A stretch of DNA of 64,000 nucleotides from Bacteroidia bacterium (GCA_020053795.1 JAGVMN010000003.1:4891-68890), one strand, 5' to 3'. Shown: positions 8,346 through 19,736, counted from the first letter of the stretch. Notes: generated by a model from the letters alone, not told the origin. A program made the numbers and translations.

Positions 8346-9488
8346 ATGAGAATATTTCAAAATTGGGGTTCAACTCTGTCAATGTTGTTTATTGGCTTGG
8401 CGTTATTCATGGCTTGTGGCAGCAACAATGCCTCAAATGCTGTTGATTCTTATGAGATTGCGGGCACTGTAAAAGGAGCTGCAAATGCACTGGTAGTGTT
8501 GCACGAAATCACTACCTCAAAACTCATTTTTAAAGACAGCGTTCGTACTGATGCCAATGGAAAGTTTTTAATGAAAGGAACAATTCCAAATGCAACGATA
8601 TGCTATCTAACCGTTAATTCTGATAAACCACCAGGCGTACCTGTTGTTTTAGAAAACAAGCAAAAATTGAAAGTTGACATCACATTGGGAGATTATATAC
8701 AGGCCGAACTCAAAGGAGACAAAGCCAATGAAAAGATGAATATTCTCTACAAGTTGTACATGGGGCACAATAAAGTAATGAGCGAGTTTCAAGTTCGCGT
8801 AAATTCGATTGACCCGACATCGGCAAGTGATAGCATAAAATTGGCCATAGATGCGGAATACAAAAGCCTTCAAGATAAAATGTACAAAGAAATCAGGGCA
8901 TTCGTCAATGCCCATGAGGGAACACTGGCAACCTATTTTGCCGCAACCTATCTTATGCAGGAAACTCCGGTGGCCTTGGTTGAAGAAGCCGCTAACAAAA
9001 TGAAAACAACACTTCCCACATCAAGTTATACATTAGAACTCGAGAACAGAGTTTCCTCCATTAAACCACTTGATCCTGGTAGTTTGGCTCCAGACATAAG
9101 CCTTACTTCACCTGACGGAAAGGTAGTACAACTTTCTTCCCTAAGAGGTAAGGTGGTGATGATTGACTTCTGGGCATCATGGTGCAGACCATGTCGCATA
9201 GAAAACCCGGCAGTTGTAGCACTCTACAATAAATACAAGCAAAAAGGGTTCGAAATTTATGGCGTATCACTTGATCAGGATATGGCCAAATGGAAAGCTG
9301 CCATTGCTGCCGACGGCCTTACCTGGCACCATGTGAGCGATTTAAAAGGATGGAGTTCTTCAGCAGCTCAATTATATAAAGTAAACTCAATTCCTTTTAC
9401 AGTATTGCTTGACAAAAATGGTCGAATTTTGGAAAAAGGCTTGCGTTCACATCAGCTTGAAGCCAAACTGCAGGAATTATTAAATTAA
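8346..9488 (+). CDS. TlpA-like disulfide reductase lipoprotein (DUF4369-like N-terminus plus AhpC/TSA domain)
   Basis: Lipobox FMA-C, FWASWCRPC active site, YKVNSIP. Confidence 0.88.
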   Translation: MRIFQNWGSTLSMLFIGLALFMACGSNNASNAVDSYEIAGTVKGAANALVVLHEITTSKLIFKDSVRTDANGKFLMKGTIPNATICYLTVNSDKPPGVPVVLENKQKLKVDITLGDYIQAELKGDKANEKMNILYKLYMGHNKVMSEFQVRVNSIDPTSASDSIKLAIDAEYKSLQDKMYKEIRAFVNAHEGTLATYFAATYLMQETPVALVEEAANKMKTTLPTSSYTLELENRVSSIKPLDPGSLAPDISLTSPDGKVVQLSSLRGKVVMIDFWASWCRPCRIENPAVVALYNKYKQKGFEIYGVSLDQDMAKWKAAIAADGLTWHHVSDLKGWSSSAAQLYKVNSIPFTVLLDKNGRILEKGLRSHQLEAKLQELLN

Positions 9489-9554
9489 CCATTACATAAA
9501 CCTGAGATAACAGGTTGTGTTCTTGTTTGGAATAATTTTGCAAAAAATTAAAAT

Positions 9555-10232
9555 ATGGGCAACCGTATACTCATTGTTGATGACGACCCGGATATTACCG
9601 AGTTTATTCAATACAATCTACACAAAGAGGGCTTCGAAACCGAAATAGCATCAGACGGGCTTGATGCGTTGAAAAAAGCCGACAGTTTCAAACCGAATCT
9701 TATACTTTTGGATGTGATGATGCCAAAGATGGATGGGATGGAAGTTTGCAGAATACTAAAATCATCAGCCGGCAATAATGCCTCCATTGTTTTTCTTACG
9801 GCACGCGATGAGGAGTATTCCGAGCTCGCAGGATTCGAAGCCGGGGCCGATGATTATATATCAAAGCCACTAAAACCAAGAGTCTTATTGAGCAGAATTA
9901 AAGCCGTTTTGAACCGGAAAAAAACAGACACTGATAATTCAGACGCCATACACATCAAAGATTTGAAGATTGATAGAAACAGTTATACTGTTATGTTGGG
10001 TGAAAAGGAGCTTTTTCTTCCAAAAAAAGAGTTCGATTTATTGTTTTTATTGGCATCGAAACCCGGTAAGCTGTTCAATCGTGAAAAAATCCTTTCGGAG
10101 GTTTGGGGCGATGATGTTTTGGTTGTTGACAGAACCATTGATGTTCACATCAGGAAAATACGGGAAAAAATAGGAGACGAAAAAATCAAGACAATTAAGG
10201 GCGTTGGTTATAAATTTGAAGACTCTATTTGA
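9555..10232 (+). CDS. OmpR/PhoB family response regulator (PhoP-like)
   Basis: Receiver DVMMPKMDG plus winged helix (RTIDVHIRKIREK...TIKGVGYK). Confidence 0.9.
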   Translation: MGNRILIVDDDPDITEFIQYNLHKEGFETEIASDGLDALKKADSFKPNLILLDVMMPKMDGMEVCRILKSSAGNNASIVFLTARDEEYSELAGFEAGADDYISKPLKPRVLLSRIKAVLNRKKTDTDNSDAIHIKDLKIDRNSYTVMLGEKELFLPKKEFDLLFLLASKPGKLFNREKILSEVWGDDVLVVDRTIDVHIRKIREKIGDEKIKTIKGVGYKFEDSI

Positions 10233-10258
10233 GAGAATCTTAAAATTCTGATGGTTAA

Positions 10259-11293
10259 ATGCGTAAAAACCCAACGCCCGGTTCTATTGCCCTTATAGCT
10301 GCAACAATTGTAGCCGTAGTAGTTGGAATTTCAGGAATTATTTTTTACGGAACCTCAATAAAAACTTTGATTCTTTTCCTGCTCAGCTTTATTTTTGGGT
10401 TGGGTGCTTTCTATTTTTTACTCGATCGTTTTATATATCGCAAAATTAAACTTATTTATAAAACCATCCATAAACAGAAGAGGCACAAATACTCTGTTCC
10501 CGGAGGGATGACCCACATGAAAGGTGATCCCATTTCTGAGGTTAGAGATGAAGTAATGTCATGGGCCAAAGACAATATTGAAGAAATCGAGGAATTAAAA
10601 AAGCAGGAATCTTACCGAAGAGAATTTCTGGGGAATGTGTCACATGAATTAAAAACACCCATTTTCAATATACAGGGTTATATACACACTTTGTTAGATG
10701 GTGCCCTGAAAGATGACACTGTTAATGAAAAGTTTTTGTTGAAAGCATCAGGCAATATTGAACGCTTAGTTGAGTTGGTAGAAGATCTTTCTGCCATCTC
10801 ACAACTTGAGAGTGGAGAGCTAAAAATGAAGATGCATCGGTTTGACATTCATGTTCTGGCCCGTGAAGTTTATGAGTCTGTCGAGTTGAAAGCAAAGGCA
10901 AAAAATATTTTTCTAGGATTTAAAGAAGGTTGCAATGGTTCATTTTATGTGAAAGCCGACAAGCAAAAGATCAGGCAGGTTTTCACAAATCTTGTTGTAA
11001 ACGCTATAAAATACGGCAGAGAAAACGGACATGTTTTGGCCGGCTTTTATGATATGGACAAATATTTACTCACTGAGATTTCTGACAACGGTGAGGGAAT
11101 TGAAGAAGTACATCTGCCCCGTTTATTCGAACGCTTTTATCGAATTGATAAAAGTCGCAGCAGGGGAGGTGGAGGGTCGGGTCTTGGATTGGCTATTGTA
11201 AAGCACATCATTGAGGCTCATAAGCAAACCATTAATGTCCGCAGTGCTCCAGGGATAGGAACGACTTTCGGGTTTACATTGGAAAAGGGATAG
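10259..11293 (+). CDS. Sensor histidine kinase, PhoR-like
   Basis: Two TM segments, NVSHELKTPI, RFYRIDKSRSR, GGSGLGLAIVKHI. Adjacent to the cognate regulator. Confidence 0.88.
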   Translation: MRKNPTPGSIALIAATIVAVVVGISGIIFYGTSIKTLILFLLSFIFGLGAFYFLLDRFIYRKIKLIYKTIHKQKRHKYSVPGGMTHMKGDPISEVRDEVMSWAKDNIEEIEELKKQESYRREFLGNVSHELKTPIFNIQGYIHTLLDGALKDDTVNEKFLLKASGNIERLVELVEDLSAISQLESGELKMKMHRFDIHVLAREVYESVELKAKAKNIFLGFKEGCNGSFYVKADKQKIRQVFTNLVVNAIKYGRENGHVLAGFYDMDKYLLTEISDNGEGIEEVHLPRLFERFYRIDKSRSRGGGGSGLGLAIVKHIIEAHKQTINVRSAPGIGTTFGFTLEKG

Positions 11294-11352
11294 GAGACCG
11301 CAAAAAAAGGCAACTCGTAAGAATCGCCTTTTTAGTTGTAGTTCCCAAAAAG

Positions 11353-12576
11353 TTATTTTGAGGGCACGACAGGATCTTTGCTCTGAGATTTGAAAGCCTG
11401 AATATCAAACAACAATGTGAATCTGAGAGTATTTTGCAAAGGGTGCCTTTGACTGATTGGTTGCAAATAGGCAATGTCCAATCCAAAAACATTATACCTG
11501 ATACCAATCCCAAAAGTAAGATAATTACGACCGCCTTTGGTTTTTGCTTCATGGAAATAACCCGCTCTCAATGCAAACTGTTCATCATACCAATATTCCA
11601 TGCCGGCAGAGGTAGTAAACTCTTTTAGTTCTTCACCAAACCCACCCGGGGCATCACCAAATGATGAAAACATTCCTGCAATTACAGGACTATTATCAAG
11701 TTTTCTACCGGTAATAATTTGCTGCCCGTTTACGGTGTCATATTCATATTGAGGAGTTGGAACCATTAGTTTATTAAAATCAAGCATTAGGCCCAATTGG
11801 TTATATTCATCCATTTTTATTTTCCAATAGGTTCCCAGCCGCATGTTGATTGGAATAAAATCCCTGTTGGCATCTGTGGTATAGGTTATTTTGCTACCCA
11901 TATTGCTAATATTGGCACCCAGAGCATAGGTAACATCTTTGCCACTTATTTTGATATCATCTTTCCAGTAAACACCAATATCTCCGGCACCGGCCAGTCC
12001 GGCTTTTACATCTGAAGAATAAACCCTCGAAACCAGTCTTGACTGAACAAAACGAAGGGCAACTCCAACAGAAAATCGTTCTGATAATTTTGAAGAATAC
12101 GCTACGTCAAAAGCAAACTCCTGGGGCTTGTCAGTTCCCATAGGGTTTCCCTGATCATCTGTAAATTGAATTTCACCCAAAGTAAAATATCTCATTGAAG
12201 CCGCTAAAACGCTTCTGTTGTCTTTGCCAAACTTACTGTAACCCGACAGGTAATATAACCACATGTCAGGCACCAATTGCTTTAACCAAGGCGTGGCAGA
12301 AAGGCTGATACCTGCCTTTTTATCATTTGGAATAAAAGCGAGTTTACCAACATTCCAGTGAATTGAATTGGCATCCGGATCCATGGCTACACCGGCATCA
12401 CCCAATCCTCCTGATCGGGCATCGGGGGTGATATTAAGGAATGGCACTGCAGTGGTAATAACGTTTCTTTCGTCTTTCAAATTATCTTTAGTAATACTTG
12501 TCTGAGCTAAAGAACAAATTGACCATGACGCAAAAGCGAAGGTTAAAAGTGTGTGTTTAAAATTTTTTGTTTTCAA
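11353..12576 (-). CDS. porV: T9SS outer-membrane shuttle PorV
   Basis: ITTAVPFLNITPDARSGGLGD and EYWY...FALRAGYF motifs, downstream of porU. TTG start (MKTKNF) below its own TAATTTTG promoter. Confidence 0.9.
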   Translation of the reverse strand: MKTKNFKHTLLTFAFASWSICSLAQTSITKDNLKDERNVITTAVPFLNITPDARSGGLGDAGVAMDPDANSIHWNVGKLAFIPNDKKAGISLSATPWLKQLVPDMWLYYLSGYSKFGKDNRSVLAASMRYFTLGEIQFTDDQGNPMGTDKPQEFAFDVAYSSKLSERFSVGVALRFVQSRLVSRVYSSDVKAGLAGAGDIGVYWKDDIKISGKDVTYALGANISNMGSKITYTTDANRDFIPINMRLGTYWKIKMDEYNQLGLMLDFNKLMVPTPQYEYDTVNGQQIITGRKLDNSPVIAGMFSSFGDAPGGFGEELKEFTTSAGMEYWYDEQFALRAGYFHEAKTKGGRNYLTFGIGIRYNVFGLDIAYLQPISQRHPLQNTLRFTLLFDIQAFKSQSKDPVVPSK

Positions 12577-12635
12577 TCTTTTAGTCGTTTGTAGATTCGA
12601 AGCAAAATTATACAATTTTGGCAATTCGCAACTTT

Positions 12636-15600
12636 TTAGCGAATTATTAATTTATCAAAAGCAAAATCACCGGAGCCATCATCAGCAGTTACACTAAGCT
12701 TTATGATGTACATACCGGCGGCCAAGCCTTTGAGAAACTGTTCATCACGACTATCTGTCTCTATTCTGGTCGGGGCATTTTCTATCATTGATTTCTTTTG
12801 ATAAATCAGTTTGCCATCAATGGATGAAATAATGATATCTGTTGTGATCGTCATACCACCTTTATTATGGTTGAAAACAACTGTAGTGTAATCCGTGGCT
12901 GGATTTGGATATGAAAAAAATGCGTTTATTTTCATCTTGTCCTTTGGCCCGACAATGAATTCAGTATAAGCATCTGCTGAGTTATTATAAGAATCCCAAA
13001 TCTTCAAATGGATGCTGTGTTTCCCCGGTTGTAATTCACCCATTGGATAACGAATTTCTCCGTATTGGTAACTGTCCAGTTTATTACTATAGTAACTATT
13101 AAGAATGATTATTTTTTCATTGCTGGTGCCTTTATCCAAGATCGCAACAATGTCTCTTCCTATCCCATTGCCTACTGTGTTTATCCCATTTTCATCAAAG
13201 ATATTGGCAAGAAACAAAGGAGATGAGGATACCATGTCTCCAAATTTGAAACTACTATCCTCCATGAACAATTTCAATTTCGGCCCCTTGTTGTCGGTCA
13301 CAATTTGGTCGGTTGACCCACCAACATAAAAATCGTTATTATAACCGGAAGCATCAATTTGACCATTCGTTGCGTAATATGATATTTTACCAAAACCATA
13401 TTGGTAAGAAATATCCTTTGGAACAACAAAACTAAATTTGAACTTTCCCTCCTCAATGCTGACGATGCCTTTATACAATACACTGTTTTGCATTTTATAA
13501 TCAACCACATAACTGCCCGGGTCATTCCCCAAAGTTTTGTAAGTCAGAAATTTATCATAAACGGTTGGATAGAGTGTTCCACTGAATTCGTTATCCAATG
13601 AAACTCCGTTGCGTACTTCTCCTTCAATAGTAACTATTGAAAGAGCCCGGAGGGTATCACTTATTGTGTCTAATCCCATTTCATTTATTTTGGTAGTGAC
13701 CACCTCTTTTTTAGGATAGGCAAGTGTCAGAGCAGGATCTCCAATCAGAATAAAATTCCTTTGATTAACGTCTCTTACCGAATTGTTTTTGCTGTCGGCG
13801 TAAACCTGACCCATTGTGGGCCATACGCCATTTCTCTTTTCAAAAATATTGCGATTAAAAACCACTTCATTCAAATCGCTGTTTAACCCAATCCAAACAA
13901 CTCTGGAGGTACTGATAAGCCCGATACCGCCACCATTGGGGTTGAAGAGAAAAAGTTCCCCGGGAGAACGTTCAATCGGATCGTCAAATTGAGTAAATGT
14001 GCAGGTAGCTGTTATAAACAAAGGCAGTTTATTTTTGTTGGTCCATGCACTTATCATGGCCCTTGTAACGACTCTTTCATGGGCCAGGCCTGAACCCCCA
14101 CCATGCCCGATCCAATTAAAAATCAGATGTCCGCGGTCGAAAGCTGCTTCTATTGCTTCATTCACATCAGGGTACTTATCACCGCTGCCAAAACTAACTT
14201 GCTTGTAGGCGTCAAGGTAAATTTTGTTCACATTATAAGATGGAGACTGGTTGGTAATAACTGCTGTTATTCGTTCTACATCGTTTAAATGAATGTTTCC
14301 ATCCTCATCATCTCCAACAAAAGTGATCTGATTTCGCCAATCCCCAAAGGATTCTGCTTTGTGATAATTTATCACTTTGTCAACTGCAATTTTTGCGTCT
14401 TCTTTTGTGCTTGCCGGAATGCGACCAATACCAATATCCAAACCTTCCAGGATGTTTTGAATTCCCCAATATCCTTCCCCGTCATCTAAAATAGCATAAT
14501 AGTCGTCTGAAACGTAAGAATCCGTGGGAGAATAAGAGTTTGGGCTTTCATATGATGCAACCAGATTCGTCAAAGGGTTTTTATAGTCATAGCTGGCATC
14601 GCCAAACATTAAAACATTTTTTAATTTTTTTGAAGTCCCTTGTCCTCGGTCATACAGCATTTTTAAAAAATCTCTGATTGCCGTTACGTCCTGAGTACCA
14701 GAAGAAAACTCATTATAAATTTGCTGGGGGGTGACAAGGGCATAAGTGTAACCTTCCCTTTTTAAATGAAATTCTCCCAATCGCTTTGCCTCGTCTTTGA
14801 AATTCGGATGAGCAATGATAACATATTCCAAATCTTTCATTGCGTGCAAATTTTGATTTTCAACTTTGCCTATGAATATAGGCTTATCTTCCAGGTTACT
14901 GAGATCAAACGCAATAAATTCTTTTAATTTTCCTTCACCATTCACAAGAAAAGTGGTGATTCCTGCTGAACTGAAAGAATTTTGGATTACTGGGTTTAAA
15001 AAATCGCTGACATCCCATATCATTTGTGGTGTTCCTGCTATTTCATACTTTATCCAATCCTTTAACTGGGTCCCTTTTTTTCTGAAACTAAGTGGCACCC
15101 CTGAATATTTTAAGTCACTTGTTGACAGAATCTCATAATAGTCTAGATAGACATTATCACTGGTCTTTGGTTTAGAAAAATCAAAAGAAATATTCAAAGC
15201 CCCCCCACTGGTCGAAGTATTTTCTTCTATAATTTCAGGTGGTGTCATAAATTCCCTATCATACTCGCCATATACAGGAGAAAAGATTCTTGTCAAAACA
15301 GTGTTATTATTGATTTTTATTGATAGTGAGCTGCCAGACTGAGCAAGAACCGCACGAACCGAGAGCCTTGTTCTGAAAGTCACCGGCTGCGTTGTCAATG
15401 GTATTTCTTCACTAAAATTGGCAATTGTTATTTTATCGTCTTTATAAATCGGGCTAAACCATTCCCTGCCACTGCGAATGACATTTTTTTCATTAAACTC
15501 TCTATGAAACAGATAGTCATAATCCTTTATTGTCATAGCCGGGATATTCCCCTGACCATCATTTCTTTCACCTATTCTTTTACTTTCTGCCCCATCCAAC

Positions 15601-16445
15601 GTCAGAAAATAATACGCCTTACTATCATAATAATGCGATGAATACTTGAAAATATTTGACGTTGTATCTAACCACCACCCATTAGGACCCTGACCATAAA
15701 ATAGAAGATAATCACCACCATCCATTTTGTTATTGCCATTCTGATCCCGGATATATACCGGATTTTCAACCAAATCATCCGCTCTTGGCACTGAAATCGG
15801 TTCAGGCAACATTAATCCTCCGTTTCCAAAAACTTTTATTGATTTCAACGCAGTTCCAACAGGATTGATGCCCATCTTCGAAAGTAGTTCCGCATCTATT
15901 TTATAGAGGCCCGATTTTGAAATACTCATTTTATACCATTTGCCGTCAGCCAATATACCGTTTTCAGTATTTCCCTTCTTGTTCAATTTAGCACCAGTCT
16001 TTGGAGGTGCTTCTTTCATTTCAAGTGAAAACTTCGACAACAATTTCATTATGCCGGTCTCGGAGTATCTTACCGGATAAACATAAATAACCGTATGCGA
16101 TTGGCCCTGTTCCAGTACGATGCTGCTTTGATAAAAGTAGCTTTCAGAATATACACCCTTTATTGAAAGTTGATCACATCCAATTTCTTCACCAATCCTG
16201 AAATCAGCAATTATAAAGGCACCGGGAATTTTCTGAAAATAATAAGGAACCAACATATTGTTCTTTAATTTCCAATTTACATTCGTAAATCCACCGGTAA
16301 TTTTATCTGCAGATGCAACACAAGGAACCTTCACCCAATCTAATGAAACGGAAATTGCTTCGGCACTTATTTTTGAGTACCACAATATCAATAAAATAAA
16401 AAAAGATACAATTTTGGGATTCAATATTTCGTGCTTTTTTTTCAT
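12636..16445 (-). CDS. porU: T9SS sortase PorU (C25 gingipain-like)
   Basis: C25 domain (FNWIGHGG...LFITATC), LYKG...GKFKFSFVVPKDISY, C-terminal CTD. Synteny with porV. Confidence 0.92.
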   Translation of the reverse strand: MKKKHEILNPKIVSFFILLILWYSKISAEAISVSLDWVKVPCVASADKITGGFTNVNWKLKNNMLVPYYFQKIPGAFIIADFRIGEEIGCDQLSIKGVYSESYFYQSSIVLEQGQSHTVIYVYPVRYSETGIMKLLSKFSLEMKEAPPKTGAKLNKKGNTENGILADGKWYKMSISKSGLYKIDAELLSKMGINPVGTALKSIKVFGNGGLMLPEPISVPRADDLVENPVYIRDQNGNNKMDGGDYLLFYGQGPNGWWLDTTSNIFKYSSHYYDSKAYYFLTLDGAESKRIGERNDGQGNIPAMTIKDYDYLFHREFNEKNVIRSGREWFSPIYKDDKITIANFSEEIPLTTQPVTFRTRLSVRAVLAQSGSSLSIKINNNTVLTRIFSPVYGEYDREFMTPPEIIEENTSTSGGALNISFDFSKPKTSDNVYLDYYEILSTSDLKYSGVPLSFRKKGTQLKDWIKYEIAGTPQMIWDVSDFLNPVIQNSFSSAGITTFLVNGEGKLKEFIAFDLSNLEDKPIFIGKVENQNLHAMKDLEYVIIAHPNFKDEAKRLGEFHLKREGYTYALVTPQQIYNEFSSGTQDVTAIRDFLKMLYDRGQGTSKKLKNVLMFGDASYDYKNPLTNLVASYESPNSYSPTDSYVSDDYYAILDDGEGYWGIQNILEGLDIGIGRIPASTKEDAKIAVDKVINYHKAESFGDWRNQITFVGDDEDGNIHLNDVERITAVITNQSPSYNVNKIYLDAYKQVSFGSGDKYPDVNEAIEAAFDRGHLIFNWIGHGGGSGLAHERVVTRAMISAWTNKNKLPLFITATCTFTQFDDPIERSPGELFLFNPNGGGIGLISTSRVVWIGLNSDLNEVVFNRNIFEKRNGVWPTMGQVYADSKNNSVRDVNQRNFILIGDPALTLAYPKKEVVTTKINEMGLDTISDTLRALSIVTIEGEVRNGVSLDNEFSGTLYPTVYDKFLTYKTLGNDPGSYVVDYKMQNSVLYKGIVSIEEGKFKFSFVVPKDISYQYGFGKISYYATNGQIDASGYNNDFYVGGSTDQIVTDNKGPKLKLFMEDSSFKFGDMVSSSPLFLANIFDENGINTVGNGIGRDIVAILDKGTSNEKIIILNSYYSNKLDSYQYGEIRYPMGELQPGKHSIHLKIWDSYNNSADAYTEFIVGPKDKMKINAFFSYPNPATDYTTVVFNHNKGGMTITTDIIISSIDGKLIYQKKSMIENAPTRIETDSRDEQFLKGLAAGMYIIKLSVTADDGSGDFAFDKLIIR

Positions 16446-16614
16446 AACCGTTAAATTTAGAGACACTATAACAATAATACGGCAAAAATATTGTTTTAAT
16501 GGTTGTGAAATTTGGTAAAAGAGAAAAAATGGGCTTATTTTGACATTCTGATTATATTTGACGGCTTTTTTAGTCATCGAATTGAATTTACAAATTGGAA
16601 ATTTTTGACAAATT

Positions 16615-17607
16615 ATGAAATATATATTACTTTTTCAGCTATCCGTATTGTTGTTACTTAAGGTCGAAACGTCATTTGGTCAGGACCCAGAGTTTACGCA
16701 ATTTTATGCTACACCAATTTATACCAATCCTGCAATGGCAGGTACCGGTCAATGCGATGGAGGTGGTCGTGCAGTACTTAATTATCGTAACCAATGGCCA
16801 AGTTTGCCTGGCACTTTTGTAACCAGTGCATTTTCCTATGATCAGCATTTTGATAAAATTGGAGGAGGAATAGGACTTCTCGCCGTTCGTGATCAGGCGG
16901 GTGAAGGATTGCTTACATCAACAAATTTGAGTGGCATATACTCTTATCAATTAAGGGTAAACAAGAAGTTCACCATGAGGTTTGGCTTAGAAGCACAATT
17001 CGGAATGCGTAGCATTGATTGGAAAAAGTTGCGTTTTGAAGATCAGATTGATCCGGCCAAAGGGTTCGTCAACCCAACGTCTGAGCCTTATATCGGCAAC
17101 CAGATTAGTTATGCCAATTTTGGTACCGGATTTTTAGCTTATACGCCAAAATTCTATGGCGGTATTGCGGTTCACAATCTGATCGAACCAAACCAAAGTT
17201 TCTATGGAGACCCTAAAGCAATCGTTCCAAGAAGATATACGGCACATGCCGGTGTTGTGGTGCCATTAGATAAGAGAAAACAGCCAAAAGCCACTTTCTC
17301 TCCAAATATCTTGTTCATGCTGCAAAACAAGTTTACCCAAATTAATGCCGGATTTTATATCAACAGGGGACCTTTAGTTACCGGCCTTTGGTTCAGACAA
17401 ACTTTAGGTGAAGAAAAAAATCCTGATGCTCTGATTGTTTTAGTTGGATTTAGAAAAGATAAATTCAAATTTGGTTATAGTTTTGACCTGACTGTTTCTC
17501 AGGCACGGGCCGCAGCAAGAGGGTCTCATGAGGTATCAACGGGAATAGAATGGTGTGCTAAACAGAGACCAAGAAAATATCCGAAGTTTAGTTGTCCTGA
17601 TTTTTAA
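16615..17607 (+). CDS. PorP/SprF family T9SS membrane protein
   Basis: QDPEFTQFYATPIYTNPAMAG, LNYRNQWP, GYSFDLTVS, GSHEVS. Confidence 0.9.
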   Translation: MKYILLFQLSVLLLLKVETSFGQDPEFTQFYATPIYTNPAMAGTGQCDGGGRAVLNYRNQWPSLPGTFVTSAFSYDQHFDKIGGGIGLLAVRDQAGEGLLTSTNLSGIYSYQLRVNKKFTMRFGLEAQFGMRSIDWKKLRFEDQIDPAKGFVNPTSEPYIGNQISYANFGTGFLAYTPKFYGGIAVHNLIEPNQSFYGDPKAIVPRRYTAHAGVVVPLDKRKQPKATFSPNILFMLQNKFTQINAGFYINRGPLVTGLWFRQTLGEEKNPDALIVLVGFRKDKFKFGYSFDLTVSQARAAARGSHEVSTGIEWCAKQRPRKYPKFSCPDF

Positions 17608-17690
17608 TTCGCCTATTTTATATATACTTGCAAAATAAAATAAATCTGTTCTCGTTTTTTAAAAGCATTTGAATTAATAAAATCCTGAAT

Positions 17691-19136
17691 ATGAAGAAAA
17701 GGAATATAGCTGTGATAGCATTGTTAGGAGCTTTCTTGTTGCCCACTTCCTGTAAAAAGGAAAAGTCGGCGATCACAGGTTGGAGATATAACAATGCCAA
17801 GTGGGGTGGGTTCGAGACCTATGATTATGCCGGTCAGGAAACCGGGCCCAACTTATTACTTGTCGAAGGTGGAACATTCACCATGGGATCATCTGAACAG
17901 GATGTATTATATGATCACAACAACATAGAAAGAAAGGTTACTGTACCATCTTTCTATATGGATCAAACAGAAATCAGTAACAAGCATTATCTTGAATATT
18001 TGTGGTGGCTGGGAAGGATTTTTGTTGATTTCCCTGAAGTTTATTATGAAGCACTGCCTGACACTTTGTGTTGGAGGGACAAACTGGCTTATAACGAACC
18101 TTATGTAGAGCTTTATTTGCGTCATCCCGCTTATCAAGAATATCCTGTTGTTGGGGTTAACTGGCTTCAGGCAACAGCTTTTGCCGCGTGGAGAACTGAC
18201 AGAGTTAATGAAATGATATTGATCCGTGAAGGTATTTTGAAACCTAATCAGCTCAATGGTGCCCAATTAAATGAAGAGAATTTCAATACCAATACTTACC
18301 TAAACGGGCAATATGAAAGCTCTGCTCCCGGCAAACACTTGCTGAAAGACATTAACGGTGGCAAAGGGATTACAAGAAATGTCAGAATGGAAGATGGTAT
18401 ATTGTTGCCGGACTACAGGCTGCCAACTGAAGCCGAATGGGAATTTGCCGCTTTGGCAAATATTGGCTCCTCCGTTTATGAAAACATTAATGAGAAGAAA
18501 ATATACTCATGGAATGGCTTGACCGTTAGAAACCATGGAAAAGAAAAAGATCGTGGCAGCATCAATGCAAACTTCAAAAGAGGCAAAGGAGATCAGGGCG
18601 GTATTTCAGGAAGATTGAATGATGCAGCGTTTATTACAACTGACGTCTTTTCATACTGGCCAAACGATTATGGGTTATACAACATGGGAGGCAATGTAAG
18701 CGAGTGGGTAATGGATGTTTACAGACCTTTGTCCTATGAAGACATGACCGACTTCAATTCTTTCAGAGGCAATGTTTACAAAAAGAAAAAATTGGATCTG
18801 GACGGAATTGTTGATCGTAAGGATAGTTTAGGAAGACTGCAATATATACCGGTTACAGAAGAGGAAAACGCAGCACGAAGGAATTACAAAAAGTCGGACA
18901 ACATTGGTTATATTGATGAGGAATATTACAACGATGGCGATCAGCAGTATGAGTATGGTGTTACCACCTTGATCAATAACAAAGCCCATGTTTACAAGGG
19001 CGGATCATGGAACGACCGAGCTTATTGGCTTACTCCCGGAACCAGAAGATTTTTAGATGAAGAGCAGTCTTTATCTACGCTTGGTTTCAGGTGTGCCATG
19101 CACAGAGTCGGAGCCCCAAATGATAAAAGAAAATAA
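17691..19136 (+). CDS. gldJ: Gliding motility lipoprotein GldJ (FGE-sulfatase fold)
   Basis: Lipoprotein, QETGPNL..VEGGTFTMG, SFYMDQTEISN, RLPTEAEWE. Divergent from porU. Confidence 0.85.
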   Translation: MKKRNIAVIALLGAFLLPTSCKKEKSAITGWRYNNAKWGGFETYDYAGQETGPNLLLVEGGTFTMGSSEQDVLYDHNNIERKVTVPSFYMDQTEISNKHYLEYLWWLGRIFVDFPEVYYEALPDTLCWRDKLAYNEPYVELYLRHPAYQEYPVVGVNWLQATAFAAWRTDRVNEMILIREGILKPNQLNGAQLNEENFNTNTYLNGQYESSAPGKHLLKDINGGKGITRNVRMEDGILLPDYRLPTEAEWEFAALANIGSSVYENINEKKIYSWNGLTVRNHGKEKDRGSINANFKRGKGDQGGISGRLNDAAFITTDVFSYWPNDYGLYNMGGNVSEWVMDVYRPLSYEDMTDFNSFRGNVYKKKKLDLDGIVDRKDSLGRLQYIPVTEEENAARRNYKKSDNIGYIDEEYYNDGDQQYEYGVTTLINNKAHVYKGGSWNDRAYWLTPGTRRFLDEEQSLSTLGFRCAMHRVGAPNDKRK

Positions 19137-19152
19137 TCTTTCAGATTAGTGA

Positions 19153-19185
19153 ACAAAAAAAGCCCGTTAAACGGGCTTTTTTTGT
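19153..19185. terminator. Bidirectional intrinsic terminator
   Basis: AAAAAAAGCCCGT-TAA-ACGGGCTTTTTTT between convergent genes. Confidence 0.9.
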
Positions 19186-19204
19186 TTATGGGATTTTTGA
19201 TGAT

Positions 19205-19621
19205 CTAACAGAATTCTTCGTATGCACCTTTCAGATTGGCAGCAATCATCTCGGCACTTCTTCCTTCGATATGGTGTCTTTCAATAAAATGAACCAGTTC
19301 GCCCTTTTTAAAAAGGGCAATAGATGGCGAAGAAGGCGGAAACGGCAATAAAAACTCACGGGCCTTCGAGGTAGCTTCCACATCTTGTCCTGCAAAAACC
19401 GTGTACAATTCAGCCGGTTTTTTTACTCCTGTCAACGACCGCAAAACGCCCGGACGGGCACTGCCCGCCGCACATCCGCAAACCGAGTTCACAACTAACA
19501 ACACGGTTCCTTCATTGTTTTGAAGTGCATTTTCTACATCTTCTTCCGTTTTTAGTTCATTGAAACCGTTTTGATTCAATTCGGCCCTCATTGGGGCCAC
19601 TAACATTTCTGGGTATGGCAT
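19205..19621 (-). CDS. BrxA/BrxB (YphP/YqiW) bacilliredoxin
   Basis: MYP-like start PEMLVAPMRAEL, NSVCGCAAG (CGC motif), PPSSPSIALFK. Confidence 0.9.
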   Translation of the reverse strand: MPYPEMLVAPMRAELNQNGFNELKTEEDVENALQNNEGTVLLVVNSVCGCAAGSARPGVLRSLTGVKKPAELYTVFAGQDVEATSKAREFLLPFPPSSPSIALFKKGELVHFIERHHIEGRSAEMIAANLKGAYEEFC

Positions 19622-19736
19622 ATATCTAAATTATGGGTCAAAAATAGTTAAGGCATCGGTGAAATAACAATTAACTAACAAAGGTGTTTTCAGGACAGAC
19701 TAATAAAACCTAAATTTGCCGCCAATTGAAAAAAAT

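Noticed and set aside
11353-19136. porV-porU / porP-gldJ arrangement
   Set aside because: This is known T9SS and gliding synteny. The extra porP-family gene is a minor variation.
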